Shown here: in pieces, positions 46,372-59,403 of the stretch
Layout: each line of letters starts with the position of its first letter
Position numbering within the stretch: the stretch's first letter is position 1
Source: an uncultured Planctomycetota bacterium
Lineage (GTDB): Bacteria > Planctomycetota > Planctomycetia > Gemmatales > Gemmataceae
Assembly: GCA_963849325.1 (NCBI GenBank)
Contig: CAWKHF010000012.1
Coordinates: forward strand, 736,001-800,000
Length of the DNA stretch: 64,000 bases
Direction of reading: 5' to 3'
Notes under the pieces: generated by a model
The model's database searches: none
Told to the model about the DNA's origin: nothing
The model's input: only the letters and a program-made list of their open reading frames with translations
Translations under genes and position numbers: made by a program

Positions 46372-47763
46372 CTACCTCCAATCCGGTCCCTCCGTCTTCG
46401 GCGGTCCCGAAGGCGGCACTGCATAAAATGTACGCTCGGGATTGATGAATAGCCACATGGTGGCCGCGCCGAGGAAGGACGCCGAGTACACGCCGAGCAG
46501 TACGTTCCATCCCAGCGAACGGAAGATGACGGCGCCGACGTAGGGCTGAAGCGAGTTGCCGACGTTGCCCACCATGTTGATGAAGCCGGTGGCCGTACCG
46601 GCGTAACGGCCGCCAATGTCCACGATGGTGGCCCAGTTGGCGCCCTGGCCGAAGTCGTGGGCGGCTGATGCCAGGCACATCAGAATGGCGGCTTGCTCGG
46701 GCGTTTTCGCCAGTCGGATGCACGACATCGCCACCGCCGCCGTCGCGTAACCGCTCATGGGGAACAGCGCGCGTCCCAGCCATTTGCGGCCCGTCCGGCG
46801 GACCAGCACGTCGCTGAGGGCGCCGCCGATCAGGCAGGAGATGCCGCCGAAAAACAACGGCATCCCGCTCAACAGCTCCGATTTATTATATTCCAGGCCG
46901 TGAATGTCCTTCATGTAGCGCGGCATCCAGCTGACGAAGAACGACCAGCCGAAGCTGGCGCCGATGTAGAGGAAGCCAATGGCCCACAGGCTCGGCAACG
47001 TCAGCAACGCACCCCAGGCGCGAGCGGGCATGTGATGGCCCTCGGCGACCGGCGCGGCATCGCCCTTGATGAGCCGTAGCTCGGCATCGTTGACCGAGGC
47101 GACGTTGGCGGGATCATCGCGGAACCAGGGGTAGAAGCCGAGACACCAGAGCACGCCGATCAGCCCCGCCGCCCAGAACGCCGTGCGCCAGGCCGGGATG
47201 TCGCCGGGCAGGTGGAGGGACGTCAAGAGTGAGCGAAAACCAGCGGAATCGAAGGCGGTGAGCATCGATCCGAACAGGATCGGCGAGAAGGCGCCTCCCC
47301 AGCGGGCCAGCAGCCAGAGCAGTCCGCCGGCGCAAGCGCGAGCGCGGGCCGGCAGCCAACGACCCTGGACGCGGGCCATGTTCGGAAACGCTCCCGCCTC
47401 GCCGGCGCCGAAGAGCAGACGAAACGTCAACAGCGACACAAAGCCGGTCGCCGAACCCGACAGGATGGTGAACAGCGACCAGGCCAGTACGATCCGCGTC
47501 AGCGTGACGCGGGCGCCGTAGCGGTCGCCCATCCAGCCGCCGGGGATCTCAAAGAGGGCGTAGGCCAGCCAGAACGCGCCCAGGACCAACCCCATTTGCC
47601 CGTCGGAGATAACCAGGTCTTTCTGAATGTCCTCTGCGGCCCGTACAATACAAACACGGTCGAAATAGGTGAGAAACGACAACACACACAGGAAGGCCAT
47701 CACCACGTAGCGTCGCCGCGTGGGAAATCGGATCGATGGAGTGAAGGCAGGAAGAGGTTGCAC
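46372..47763 (-). CDS. MFS transporter (anion:cation symporter / sugar-acid type)
   Basis: [35 protein letters not shown]; about 12 TM. Confidence 0.9.
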   Translation of the reverse strand: MQPLPAFTPSIRFPTRRRYVVMAFLCVLSFLTYFDRVCIVRAAEDIQKDLVISDGQMGLVLGAFWLAYALFEIPGGWMGDRYGARVTLTRIVLAWSLFTILSGSATGFVSLLTFRLLFGAGEAGAFPNMARVQGRWLPARARACAGGLLWLLARWGGAFSPILFGSMLTAFDSAGFRSLLTSLHLPGDIPAWRTAFWAAGLIGVLWCLGFYPWFRDDPANVASVNDAELRLIKGDAAPVAEGHHMPARAWGALLTLPSLWAIGFLYIGASFGWSFFVSWMPRYMKDIHGLEYNKSELLSGMPLFFGGISCLIGGALSDVLVRRTGRKWLGRALFPMSGYATAAVAMSCIRLAKTPEQAAILMCLASAAHDFGQGANWATIVDIGGRYAGTATGFINMVGNVGNSLQPYVGAVIFRSLGWNVLLGVYSASFLGAATMWLFINPERTFYAVPPSGPPKTEGPDWR

Positions 47764-47771
47764 GAAAAGCC

Positions 47772-48686
47772 TCACCGCGCCGCTTGCGCCTTGAGTAATC
47801 CCTGCGCACGCAACCAGTCGGCGCAGCGCCGCGGCCAGGTGGAGCAAGGTTTGGCCGTCGGACGCAGGCCGAAGCCGTGACCGCCGGAAGCGTAGACGTG
47901 CAGCTCGGCGGGGACGCCGGCGCGTTTCAACGCCCGGTACATCCGCACGCTATTGTCCGCCGGGACGCCGTCGTCGCCGGCGTGCGCGAAGAACGTCGGC
48001 GGACACTCCTTGCGCACGCGGATGTCCGAAGCGAGTTCGTCCTTGTCCTTGGCGATCAGGTAAGCGGGATAAATCAGGATGGTGAAGTCCGGCCGGCAGC
48101 TGATCCGATCGCTGTCGTCCAGCGGTTCGTAGGCTCGTTTGTCGAAGTTGGTGGCGACCGAGGCAGCCAGGTGTCCGCCCGCGGAAAAACCGAGTATGCC
48201 GATCCGTTTGGAATCCAAATCCCATTCTTTGGCCTTGCCGCGCACCAGGCTCAATGCTCGCTGGGCGTCTTGGAGAGCGCCGAGGGGCGGTTTATCCTTC
48301 GGCTGGTCGGGGCGGCGCGGCACGCGGTACTTGAGGACGATGCCGGTCACGCCAATCGAGTTCAGCCACGCCGCAACCTCTTCGCCTTCGAGATCCCAGG
48401 CGAGGATGTTGTAACCGCCGCCCGGACAGATGAGCACGGCGGCGCCCGTGTCCTTGTCCTTCGCCGGACGAAAGACGGTGATCGTCGGACGGCTGACGTT
48501 GCTGACGATGTGGATGGTCCCGACACCGGATTTCTGCTCGCGCGTCGCTTCCGCGCCGATCGTCTTCGTCTCGCCCGGAGGCTTGCCGGGCCAAACGTCG
48601 AGGACGACGGGCTTGTCCGCCGCTCGTATCGGCGCGGCGAGGGAGAGGAGAACCGTCGGCAACACACAGACGAGGATGCGCTTCAT
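47772..48686 (-). CDS. Secreted alpha/beta hydrolase (acetyl-xylan/feruloyl esterase-like)
   Basis: CPGGGY, GFSAGG nucleophile elbow, GGHGFG. Confidence 0.88.
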   Translation of the reverse strand: MKRILVCVLPTVLLSLAAPIRAADKPVVLDVWPGKPPGETKTIGAEATREQKSGVGTIHIVSNVSRPTITVFRPAKDKDTGAAVLICPGGGYNILAWDLEGEEVAAWLNSIGVTGIVLKYRVPRRPDQPKDKPPLGALQDAQRALSLVRGKAKEWDLDSKRIGILGFSAGGHLAASVATNFDKRAYEPLDDSDRISCRPDFTILIYPAYLIAKDKDELASDIRVRKECPPTFFAHAGDDGVPADNSVRMYRALKRAGVPAELHVYASGGHGFGLRPTAKPCSTWPRRCADWLRAQGLLKAQAAR

Positions 48687-48848
48687 GAGGGATGGTCCTT
48701 GGTCGGGGCGAGGTCCGAAGCAGGATCGTATCGCCGACCCGGCGCGCATGCAAGCACCGGCTGTCCGAGGACCGTCGAAAACGCGGGCCGCCGTACAATG
48801 ACGAGACAGCGGGACGCGGACGGTCCCTCGCTCACGGAGAACGGCATC

Positions 48849-49730
48849 ATGCTCGTCGATCTTGTGCAAACCACCACGCGCGACGGGTTCCGGCTCGATG
48901 CCGCCTTCCTTCCCCCGGCCGGTCCCGGTACACCGACCATCGCCGTCGATGCTTTCTGCTTCCTGCACGGCACCGGCGGCAACTTTTACAGCTCGACGCT
49001 ATTCGACGACCTCGGCGAGCGCCTGCGGGGACTCGGCTGCGGCGTGCTGCGCGTCAACACGCGCGGCCATGACGGCGTGAGTACGGCCCTGACCGAGCAG
49101 GGCGGCCGACGGCAGGGAGCGGCCTACGAAGTGGTCGATCACTGCCGGCATGATGTCGCGGCCTGGTTGGCCTGGCTGCGGCAGCACGCCGGCCCGCGCG
49201 TCGGTCTCCTCGGCCACAGCATGGGGGCCGTCAAATGTCTGTACGCCCTGGCCCACGAACCGCAGAACGCCCCCGTCTGCGCCGTGGCCATTTCTCCGCC
49301 GCGGCTCTCGTATTCGTGGTTCTGCTCCAGCCCCGAGGGGGCGGACTTCCTGAACACCTACCAACTCGCCGAGCACCACGCGGCGGACGGCCAGCCCGGA
49401 GCGCTGCTCGAAATAAAGCTGCCCTTGCCCTTCCTCATCACGGCGGGCGGCTACCTGGAAAAATACGGGCCGGAGGAACGCTACAACTATCTGCACTTCG
49501 TGGCCGGCGTACCTTGTCCGACGCTGATTACCCTGGGCAGTGTCGAAGTGGCGAATAACATGGCCTTCCGCGAGGCGCCGCAAGCCGTGGAGGAGTTGGC
49601 TGCCCGGCGCAGGAACCTGTTCGTCGAAACCATCGCCGGCGCCGACCATTTTTATAACGGCGTCCGCGATCTGCTATCCGCTCAAGTGGAGGCGTGGTTG
49701 CGCCGGACGCTGAATGGGCCGATCACCTAA
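48849..49730 (+). CDS. Alpha/beta hydrolase
   Basis: [26 protein letters not shown]. Confidence 0.85.
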   Translation: MLVDLVQTTTRDGFRLDAAFLPPAGPGTPTIAVDAFCFLHGTGGNFYSSTLFDDLGERLRGLGCGVLRVNTRGHDGVSTALTEQGGRRQGAAYEVVDHCRHDVAAWLAWLRQHAGPRVGLLGHSMGAVKCLYALAHEPQNAPVCAVAISPPRLSYSWFCSSPEGADFLNTYQLAEHHAADGQPGALLEIKLPLPFLITAGGYLEKYGPEERYNYLHFVAGVPCPTLITLGSVEVANNMAFREAPQAVEELAARRRNLFVETIAGADHFYNGVRDLLSAQVEAWLRRTLNGPIT

Positions 49731-49756
49731 CCTTTGCCGTGAAAGGACCAACCGAC

Positions 49757-50635
<879 letters not shown>

Positions 50636-50655
50636 AATTCGGCGAAATCCTCTCG

Positions 50656-50704
50656 GAGCCTGAAGCGTAAGCGAAGAGCATCCCTTCGCTTACGCTTCAG
50701 GCTC
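50656..50704. repeat. REP-like palindrome, family C, copy 3 (between convergent genes)
   Basis: GAGCCTGAAGCGTAAGCGAAG and reverse complement. Confidence 0.85.
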
Positions 50705-50729
50705 GGATAAAGACTTAATGGATCTTACA

Positions 50730-51653
50730 TTAGCGATTGGGTAGGGAGAGCAACTCGCGTGCTCCACAGGCGAGCAGAATATCGGCGAGCTGTTGACCAA
50801 GCTCTTCCGGCTCTGCCGCCGGCCCATCCTTCTCCGCCGTGACTCGCTGCCGGCCATCCGGCGTCAGCACGGCGCCGCGTAACATCAGACGATCGCCCTC
50901 CACGCGGGCACTGGCACCGATGGGCACCAGACAGCCGCCGCCCAGGCCGCGCAGCAGCGCTCGCTCGGCCAGGACCGCCTGCCGCGTCGGCGCGTCGTTG
51001 AGCCGGTCGAGCAGGCCAACCGTGACCGCATCGTCCGCCCGACATTCCAGCCCTAATGCCCCTTGTCCGACCGCCGGCAGCATCCAGGCGGGATCGAGCA
51101 CTTCCGTGATGGCCGACGACAGACCGAGGCGTCGCAGCCCCGCCTCGGCCAGCACAATCGCATCGAGGTTTTGCTCGTCCAGTTTCCGCAGCCGCGTCTC
51201 GACGTTGCCGCGCAGGTTCACCAGCGTCAAATCCGGTCGGCGATATAGCGCCTGTGAGCGTCGCCGTAGACTGCTGGTGCCCACGACGGCGCCCGGCGGC
51301 AGGTCGTCGAAGCGACGGTGCCGGTGCGACACCAATACGTCGCCGGAGGGGCCGCGCGCCGGCACGGCCGCGAGAGTCAGGCCGGCGACGAACGTGGTCG
51401 GCAGGTCTTTCAAGCTATGTACGGCGACCTCGACGGTGCCGGCGAGCAAGGCGCGCTGGATCTCCTTGGTGAACACGCCATCGCCGCCGATCTGCGTCAG
51501 CGCCACGTCGCGGATGCGGTCGCCGGCCGTCTCGATCTCGACCAGCTCGACCGCACGCGGCGCGGCCAGGGGACGCAGCAACTCGGCGACGTGCCGGGCC
51601 TGCCACAGAGCCAGCGGACTGCCACGAGTGCCGATGCGCAAGGGAGGATTCAT
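50730..51653 (-). CDS. hemC: Hydroxymethylbilane synthase (porphobilinogen deaminase)
   Basis: IGTRGSPLALWQ, AVHSLKD, GTSSLRR, RGNVETRL, GGGCLVP. Confidence 0.96.
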   Translation of the reverse strand: MNPPLRIGTRGSPLALWQARHVAELLRPLAAPRAVELVEIETAGDRIRDVALTQIGGDGVFTKEIQRALLAGTVEVAVHSLKDLPTTFVAGLTLAAVPARGPSGDVLVSHRHRRFDDLPPGAVVGTSSLRRRSQALYRRPDLTLVNLRGNVETRLRKLDEQNLDAIVLAEAGLRRLGLSSAITEVLDPAWMLPAVGQGALGLECRADDAVTVGLLDRLNDAPTRQAVLAERALLRGLGGGCLVPIGASARVEGDRLMLRGAVLTPDGRQRVTAEKDGPAAEPEELGQQLADILLACGARELLSLPNR

Positions 51654-52148
51654 GCTCGGGGTGCGCCCAGTTGTTCGAGGGCTTGCCGCAGGTTCGCCGC
51701 CGTCGTCGCCCGCTCTTCGCGGCCCGTCTCCATGCGCCGCCGCCACGCCTCATCGTCCGCCGCGCGCTCGATGGCCGGCCAAACCGCGCAGCCGGTCGGG
51801 ATCATCGAGGGAGCGCGGAAAAAGGTGCCAGTGCAGGTGCGGCACCTGGTTGCCCAACAGCTCGTAGTTGAGCTTGTGCGGGCGGCAACATTTCTGGATG
51901 GCCCGGGCGAGCAGACACATCTCGTCCAGGTACGTCCGCCGTTCGTCCGCCGGCAGTTCGTTCAGTTCGACGGCATGTCTCCGCGAGACCAGGATGCAAT
52001 ATCCGTGATAGAACTGCCACGGCCCCAGCAGGGCGACGCTGCGCGGAAAGCGCCAGACGAGTTCAGAGGCGCCGAACTCCTCGATCGTCTCCAACTTCCA
52101 GCAGAACGGACAATCCGGCTTGTTCAATGACAGCTCCTTGTCAGTCAT
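51650..52148 (-). CDS. HIT-family protein; frameshift near 51790
   Basis: CPFC and GNQVPHLHWH histidine triad. The tail ...LRQALEQLGAPRA* overlaps the hemC start. Confidence 0.88.
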
Positions 52149-52170
52149 CCTTTCGCACGTCGCTTCCCCT

Positions 52171-53031
52171 TCAGGGAGAGACGGGTGCGTCCTCGGGCCT
52201 CTCGTCCACGCGCGGGCTTTCCACCTCGGTCCCCTCCACGCCGTCCACTCTCTCCAGGTCGGCGGGCGATTCCGGCGAGGCCAGACACTCGATCACCGGA
52301 GCCGGGCACGGATAAAGCTTGTCGTAGATCCAACACGCCGCGGGAAAGCCGAACCGGGCGCCCAGCAGGGCCGGCGTCCGCCGGGTCCATTCCGCGGCAC
52401 CCTCCTCGGCGAGGGACGCCGTGCGGCCGCGCCGCATCTTGTAACGGACGGCGCACAGCAGGAGCCAGAGAACGACGCCACCACCAAGGAGGCCGACGAG
52501 GATGAACTCGTTGACGACCGACGTGGACTGCCCGCGCGTGGCGTGGGCCTGGAGGGTGGCGCGGACCTGACCGGCCAGGGCAAGCAAGGCGCGGTCGGGC
52601 CCGCTGTCGTGCAGGCGGCGGGCGATGGTCCGCCGCAGTTCCTCGGCGTCATGCGGGGTAAACGCCGGATCGTCGCCGGGCCGGACGATGACGTGAACGT
52701 CCCTGGGGTCGTTGCAGATGACGACGTAGATGCCGTCCAGGCCCGATTCGCCCGCCCGCTTGCGGGCCTGTTCTTCGAGGACGCGGTTGACCTGCCGAGT
52801 CCACAGAAAACGGAACAGTTTCCGTTCGTGCGGAGGCGCCGAAGGAATCGTGTCCACGACCAAATGGCGGTCATACGTGCGGCGAATGTCGTCGATCTGC
52901 CGCTCGGCCTCGGCGATGGTCTTGGCCGGGAACAACCCGGCGTCATCGCGGATTGGCGAGGTGCGTTCATCGGCCCTGGCGACGCCAGCCAGGCCCATCA
53001 GGCACAGGATGCACGGGAATGTCCGAACCAT
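52171..53031 (-). CDS. TPM-domain membrane protein
   Basis: Signal peptide, IRDDAGLF, GIYVVIC, AFT, C-terminal TM. Confidence 0.75.
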   Translation of the reverse strand: MVRTFPCILCLMGLAGVARADERTSPIRDDAGLFPAKTIAEAERQIDDIRRTYDRHLVVDTIPSAPPHERKLFRFLWTRQVNRVLEEQARKRAGESGLDGIYVVICNDPRDVHVIVRPGDDPAFTPHDAEELRRTIARRLHDSGPDRALLALAGQVRATLQAHATRGQSTSVVNEFILVGLLGGGVVLWLLLCAVRYKMRRGRTASLAEEGAAEWTRRTPALLGARFGFPAACWIYDKLYPCPAPVIECLASPESPADLERVDGVEGTEVESPRVDERPEDAPVSP

Positions 53032-53086
53032 GACTGCGTTCTCCGACGGTTGTTCCCTCGCCCTGGCTTTGCGGGGCGGAGGAGAG

Positions 53087-54185
53087 TCAGAAATCGCCGC
53101 CGCCGCCGAAATCCCCTCCGCCTCCGCCGCCAAAGTCTCCTCCGCCGCCGCCGAAATCGCCACCTCCGCCGCCGAAATCGCCGCCTCCGCCGCCGTCATC
53201 ACCGCCGAAATCGCCACCCCCGCCGCCATCATCGTTGCCGAAATCGCCGCCCGTGCCGGAGTAATCGGTATCCTCGCCTGGTCCCGTGTCCATGTTGCTC
53301 GTTGGCGTACCGGCCTGGGCGGCGCCGCCCCAACCCGAAGAGCCGCCGCCGAGGAAGTGGTTGTACATCCACATGCCGGCCGCCGCCCCGAACATGCCGC
53401 CCATCAGCGAGCTGAAGAATCCGCCCCCACCTCCGCCGCCGCCGCCGTAACCTCCCCCGTAGCCGCCGCCGTAGCCGCCGCGTCCGGCCCCGGTGAAGGC
53501 CCGGATTAGTCCGAACAACAGCCACAGCCCCAGCAGCACCACGACACCAATACAGACCCAAGCCAGGAGGTAATTCCCCGCGTGGGGACCGCCCCCCGCC
53601 GGCATCGGCGTGCCGGACGCCGCTCGCGTTCAACGTCCCCATTCATCCTCGGACGAATGACGGACTCCCGCCGACTTGCCGAGGTTCTGTCTCAAAGTCG
53701 TCGCGTAGAAATCGACGGACTCCTGCAACCCTTCGTCGTATTTTTTGTCCTTGAATTTCTCGAGCAGAAGCTTGGCCAACTCGTTGCGGTTGCGCGGCGT
53801 GAATGCTTTCTTTTGCGTCTCGTTGCCGACCTCGACTTGCAGGTGCGAGGGACTCTTGCAGATCAGGACGTACACGCCGTTGACCGCGTTCTCGTGAGCT
53901 TGATCGCGCACCCACTTCTCGAAGAACTCCTTTCGGTTCTCGGGCTTGTAATCCTTCTTGAGGTCCGCCGGAATTTCCGGGAACGTCTCGATCAAGGAGA
54001 TCCTTGTTGTAGTTCTGAGCGATCTCGCGGATCTTCTTGTTCGCCTTGGCGACGGCCTCGGCAGAGAAGAACTTGCCTTCGTCCTTGATGATGGGCGCCA
54101 CGTTGGCGGCGGACGCCACGGCGGCCAGTCCGAGCCAGCCGGCCACGACGGCCGGAATCAGCAGCCGACGGGAGGTGGAAAACAT
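53087..54185 (-). CDS. TPM-domain membrane protein with Gly-rich (GGGGGDF)n tail; frameshifts near 53995 and 53620
   Basis: IKDEGKFFS, GVYVLICK, TM, GGMFGAAAG, repeated GGGDF. Confidence 0.8.
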
Positions 54186-54391
54186 AAGCCCCTGTCTCCT
54201 CTGCAAAAGGTTCGGACAGCCGCCATGAACACGGGGGACCGTTCTCTTATATTATCAGGGGGATGGGCCTTGCGGAACAGTCCCGAGGTCCAGGCCGATC
54301 GCTGTCCATTTATACAGGAGGCGATCGACGCCGGTTGTACCCGTTTCGCCGCGACGCACCGGGGAGCGCGAAACGAGAAGGAGGTTGCACT

Positions 54392-54925
54392 GTGCCTCGT
54401 CTGCATTCGACCACCATCCTGGCCGTGCGCCATCGCGGCGGCGTGGCCCTCGGCGGCGACGGCCAGGTCACGCTTGGGCAGTACGTCGTCAAAAGCGACG
54501 CCCACAAGATCCGCCGTCTACACAATGGCCGCGTCCTGACCGGCTTTGCCGGTGCCTCGGCGGACGCCTTCGCCCTGCTGGAGCGCTTCGAGGCCAAGCT
54601 GAAGGACTTCCAAGGCAACGTGCCACGCGCCGCCACGGAATTGGCGAAGGATTGGCGCATGGATCGCAGCTTGCGCCGCCTGGAAGCGATGCTGATCGCG
54701 GCGGACCAGGAGCATTTGCTGGTCGTCAGCGGCACCGGCGACGTGATCCAGCCGACCGACGGCGTGGCCGGCGTCGGCTCCGGCAGTCCTTATGCCGTCG
54801 CTGCTGCCCGCGCCCTGCTGAACCATACCGACCTCGGCGCCGCCCAGGTCGTCCGCACGGCCCTGGAGATCGCCGCCGACCTGTGCATCTACACCAACCG
54901 CAACATCGACGTGGAAGAGCTATAA
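54392..54925 (+). CDS. hslV: ATP-dependent protease subunit HslV
   Basis: STTILAV (N-terminal Thr), GDGQVT, GFAG, GSGS, CIYTN. Confidence 0.96.
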   Translation: MPRLHSTTILAVRHRGGVALGGDGQVTLGQYVVKSDAHKIRRLHNGRVLTGFAGASADAFALLERFEAKLKDFQGNVPRAATELAKDWRMDRSLRRLEAMLIAADQEHLLVVSGTGDVIQPTDGVAGVGSGSPYAVAAARALLNHTDLGAAQVVRTALEIAADLCIYTNRNIDVEEL

Positions 54926-54926
54926 A

Positions 54927-55093
54927 AAGAGGATCACCACGGAAAACACGGAAAACACGGAAAAAAGACAAAAAAGAGGGACGAGAACGTCATAAGAATG
55001 GAAGTCGAATAGAGAAAATGATAAAGCTTTGTGTTCCGGCTGGTCTCTTTTCTCTTTTTGTCTTTTTTCCGTGTTTTCCGTGGTGATCCTCTT
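54927..55093. repeat. Long inverted repeat with 9-mer units (CACGGAAAA, x3 left and x2 right) around an AT-rich spacer
   Basis: AAGAGGATCACCACGGAAAACACGG... and ...CCGTGTTTTCCGTGGTGATCCTCTT. Confidence 0.85.
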
Positions 55094-55114
55094 CTTGTCT
55101 TTCGGAGGTTGAAC

Positions 55115-56450
55115 GTGGCTGAATTGACGCCTCGGCAGATCGTGCAAGAACTGGATCGCTACATCGTCGGCCAGGACGCGGCCAAGCGCACCGTGTCCAT
55201 CGCCATCCGCAATCGCTGGCGTCGCCAACAACTGCCGCCGGAACTGCGCCAGGAACGTCACGCCCAAGAACATCATCATGATCGGGCCGACCGGCGTCGG
55301 TAAGACCGAGATTGCCCGCCGACTCGCTCAGCTCGTCGGCGCGCCGTTCCTCAAGGTCGAGGCCACCAAGTACACCGAGGTCGGCTACCACGGCCGCGAC
55401 GTCGAGAGCATGATCCGCGATCTGACCGAGATCGCCGTCGGCATGATCCGCCAGGAACAGCGCCAGCTCGTCGAGACGCGCGCGAAAGAACGAGTCAACG
55501 AACGCCTACTCGATTTGCTGCTGCCACGCTCATCCAGCTGGGATCCCGAGAACACCGAGGAGAACGAGCGCAACCAGCGCAGTCGCGATAAGATGAAGGC
55601 ACGGCTGGAGGCCGGCGAGCTGGAAGACCGGCCGATCGAACTGAACGTCGAGCAAAAAGCCGTGCCCGTGCAGATTTTGACCAACCTCGGTATGGAACAG
55701 ATGGATGTCGATTTCCAGAATATGTTCGAGCGCATCATGCCGCGCCAGCAGCAGCAGCGCCAAGTGCCGCTGCGCGAAGCCCGCCGCATGCTGCTCGAAC
55801 AGGAGACGGAAGCCCTCATCGACCGGCAAGTCGTCACGGAGAAGGCCGTCGAACTGGTCGAAAACCAGGGCATCATCTTCCTCGACGAGCTGGACAAGAT
55901 TTGCGGCCCGCAATCGGCGCACGGACCCGACGTATCGCGCCAGGGCGTGCAGCGCGATCTGCTGCCGGTGGTCGAGGGCACGACCGTCAACACGCGCTAC
56001 GGCCCGGTTCGCAGCGATCACATCCTGTTCATCGCCGCCGGCGCCTTCCATCTTTCCAAACCGTCGGATCTGATGCCGGAATTGCAGGGGCGATTTCCCA
56101 TCCGCGTCGAGTTGACGGACCTGAAGCGCGAGGATTTCCTGCGCATCTTGACCGAGCCGAAGCACTCGCTGACCAAGCAGTACGTCGGCCTTCTGTCCAC
56201 CGAAGGCATGACGCTGGAATTCACCAAGGACGGCATTGAGGCGTTGGCCGACATCGCCTGCGAAGTCAACAGCACGATGCAGAACATCGGCGCCCGCCGG
56301 CTGCACACCATCCTGGAGCGCGTCGTCGAGGACATCAGTTTCGACGGGCCCGATTGCGGCGACAAGCACGTCCGCATCGACGGACCTTACGTCCGCCAGC
56401 GTTTGACCGACATCTTGCAGAAGGAAGATTTGACGCGGTTTATCTTGTAG
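55115..56450 (+). CDS. hslU: ATP-dependent protease ATPase HslU; frameshift near 55255
   Basis: [57 protein letters not shown]. Confidence 0.96.
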
Positions 56451-56526
56451 AGAGCGGTTCTCCCGCCGCGCCGCCGTCGATAGAATAGAGTTATTCGGAG
56501 TTCGACATCTTTGAGGATGAAGCCTC

Positions 56527-57272
56527 ATGGACGCGGCCCCCTCTCCGGTGGGTGTCGCCACCGCTTCGCCGGTGCCGCCGTCCGAGTGGCCGGAGGCGAC
56601 GCGGTGGGTCTCTCCTCCCGGTGATCTCTCGATTCGTCTTCCCTCCGACCCTGCGCCGGCCTGGTCGCGTCCGGCGCAGGGAGCGGCCGCGCTGCTTCTC
56701 GTGCTGGCCCTGGGTTTGCTCGCCTGGCATACCTATGCCGCGCAGGCGCTGGAGCTGCCGGCCGACGGTCCTCGAAGCGGATACGACGTATCCGCCGAGC
56801 CTCGATTTGAACCGCGCCGACCATGCCCAGTTGCTGCAACTGCCCGGCGTCGGCGAAAACCTGGCTCGCCGCATCGAGACGTATCGGATCGAGCATGGCG
56901 GATTTCGGGAGGTGGACGAGTTGCGGCGGGTAAGTGGTGTCGGTCCCGTCGTGCTGGAAAAACTGCGGCCCTTCGTTTGCGTCGAACGGATCGAGGACGA
57001 GGAGAGCGGCGACAGCTCGGACACGAAGAAAGAGGCCGTCCCTCCGCGTCCGAGCAGCAAAAAGCTCGCCCTCACGCAGCCCATCGACATCAACCGAGCC
57101 GACGGCGCGGAATTGCAGCGTCTACCGGGCATCGGGCCGAAATTATCGCAGCGCATCCTCGCTGTTCGAGAGCAGAAGCCTTTTCAGTCGGTGGATGAGC
57201 TGCGCCGCGTGCCCGGCATCGGGCCGAAAACGCTCGACACGCCTGCGGCCGCACGTGGTCGTCGTTCCTTGA
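56527..57272 (+). CDS. ComEA-like helix-hairpin-helix DNA-binding membrane protein (two HhH modules); frameshifted
   Basis: TM segment; [14 protein letters not shown] and [15 protein letters not shown]. Confidence 0.85.
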
Positions 57273-57333
57273 CAAACCTGAAGCCGCGAACGCATGGGTT
57301 TCAAGAACCCGTCGCTCGCGCTGCGGGCTTGTC
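57271..57333. repeat. Degenerate REP-like palindrome
   Basis: GACAAACC...GGGTTTCAAGAACCCGTCGCTCGCGCTGCGGGCTTGTC; the right arm resembles 7930-7990. Confidence 0.45.
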
Positions 57334-57358
57334 GATTCATCAATCAACGGAGCAGCCG

Positions 57359-59393
57359 ATGGCAGCCAAGTTCGATCTGGTAAGTCCCTTTCAGCCCGCC
57401 GGCGATCAGCCGCGGGCCATTGCGTCCCTGGTCGAGGGCTTTCGCGATAGCCGCCCCTACCAGACCCTGCTCGGGGCCACGGGCACCGGCAAGACCTTTA
57501 CGCGCGGCGCACGTCATCGCCCAGCTGGGCAAGCCGACGCTGGTGCTGGCCCACAACAAGACGCTGGCCGCCCAGCTCTACAAGGAGTTCAAGGCCTTCT
57601 TCCCGCACAACGCCGTCCACTACTTCGTCAGCTATTACGACTACTATCAGCCCGAAGCCTACATCCCGCAGCGCGACATCTACATCGAGAAGGACGCCCT
57701 CATCAACGAGAACATCGACCGCCTGCGCCTGGCCGCCACCAGCGCCCTTGTCAGCCGCGAGGACGTCATCATCGTCGCCAGTGTGTCCTGCATCTACGGC
57801 CTGGGTTCGCCCAGCGATTACAAACGTATGATGATCCGTCTGGTCAAGGGCGAGACCATCAACCGCGACGATCTGCTCTTGCGCTTGGTGGACATCCAGT
57901 ACGAGCGCAACGACGTCGCCTTCACGCGCGGCAAGTTCCGGGTACGCGGCGACGTGGTGGAGGTATGGCCGGCCTACGAGGAGTTCGGCATCCGTATCGA
58001 ACTGTTCGGCGACGAGGTTGATGCGTTAGCTGTCATCAACCCGACCAGCGGCGAGACTCTGCGGCAGCTCGACGAGTTGTACATCTACCCGGCCAAGCAC
58101 TTCGTCACGCCGGAGGAGCGCATCCGGCAAGCCGTTGAGGGCATTCGCGGCGAATTGGAAGAACGGTTGGAGCAGTTCAAGAAGGAGGGCAAGCTGCTGG
58201 AGGCGCAGCGGTTGGCGGCACGGTCGCGCTTCGATATCGAGATGCTGCTGGAGGTCGGCCATTGTCCGGGCATCGAGAATTACGCCCGTTGGTTCAGCGG
58301 CCGCAAACCCGGTGAGCCGCCGTACACGCTGCTCGATTTCTTCCCCGAAGACTTCCTCATGGTGGTGGACGAATCGCACGTCACGCTGCCGCAGGTGCGC
58401 GGCATGTTCGCCGGCGATCACAGCCGCAAGCTCACGCTGGTCGAGCACGGCTTCCGTCTGCCCAGCGCCCTGGACAATCGGCCGCTGCGCTTCGACGAAT
58501 GGGAGAAGCGCGTCAAGCAAGTGCTGTTCATGTCGGCCACGCCAGCGGCCTACGAGTTGGAGCGCTCGGGCGGCGAGGTGGTCGAACAACTCATCCGGCC
58601 GACCGGCCTTGTCGATCCGCTCTTGCACGTCAAGGCGGCGCGCGGCCAGGTGCCCGATTTGATCGAGGAGATCAAGAAGCGCGCCGCTTGCAAGGAGCGC
58701 GTGCTGGTGACGACCTTGACCAAGCGGATGGCCGAGGATTTGAGCAACTACTTCCGCGACGCCGGCCTACGCGGCAAATGGCTGCACTCGGAGCTGGACG
58801 CCATCGAGCGCGTGCAGGTGCTGCGCGAGCTGCGCGAGGGCGCCTTTGACGTGCTGGTCGGCGTCAACCTGCTGCGCGAGGGACTCGATCTGCCGGAGGT
58901 GTCGCTGGTGGCGATCCTGGACGCCGACAAGGAGGGATTTCTACGCTCCGAAACGTCGCTGATCCAGACCATCGGCCGCGCCGCCCGCAACGTCAACGCC
59001 GAGGTCATCCTCTACGCCGACCGCGTAACCGACTCGATGCAGCGAGCCATCGACGAGACGCGCCGCCGCCGCGAATTGCAATTGCGGTACAACACCGAGC
59101 ACGGCATCACGCCGGAGACGGTGCGAACCGCCATCAGCATGGGCATCGAGGGCGAGGTCGCGGCCCACAAGATGGCGGCGGAAGCGGCGGGGCAGAAGGC
59201 CGACGATTTCGTCACCGAGGAACAGATGGAGGAGCTGCACCGCGAGATGCTCAAGGCGGCCGACGAGCGCCGTTATGAGGACGCGGCCAAGCTGCGCGAC
59301 CTGCTCGCCAAACTGAAGGGCGAGCCGGTCGCCTCGCCGCAGGTCAAGAAGCCACGCGGCCGGCGCAAGCGTTCGAGCGAACCAAAGGGTTAG
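57359..59393 (+). CDS. uvrB: Excinuclease ABC subunit B; frameshift near 57500
   Basis: [55 protein letters not shown]-terminal UVR domain. Confidence 0.97.
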
Positions 59394-59403
59394 AATAAGG
59401 GAG

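Noticed and set aside
52730-53509. Plus-strand ORF with AAAEI repeats
   Set aside because: Antisense reading of the GGGGDF-coding repeat.
56552-58021. Apparent ComEA-UvrB fusion ORF
   Set aside because: Produced by indels near 57240 and 57500. Each gene has its own start and stop, with a palindrome between them.
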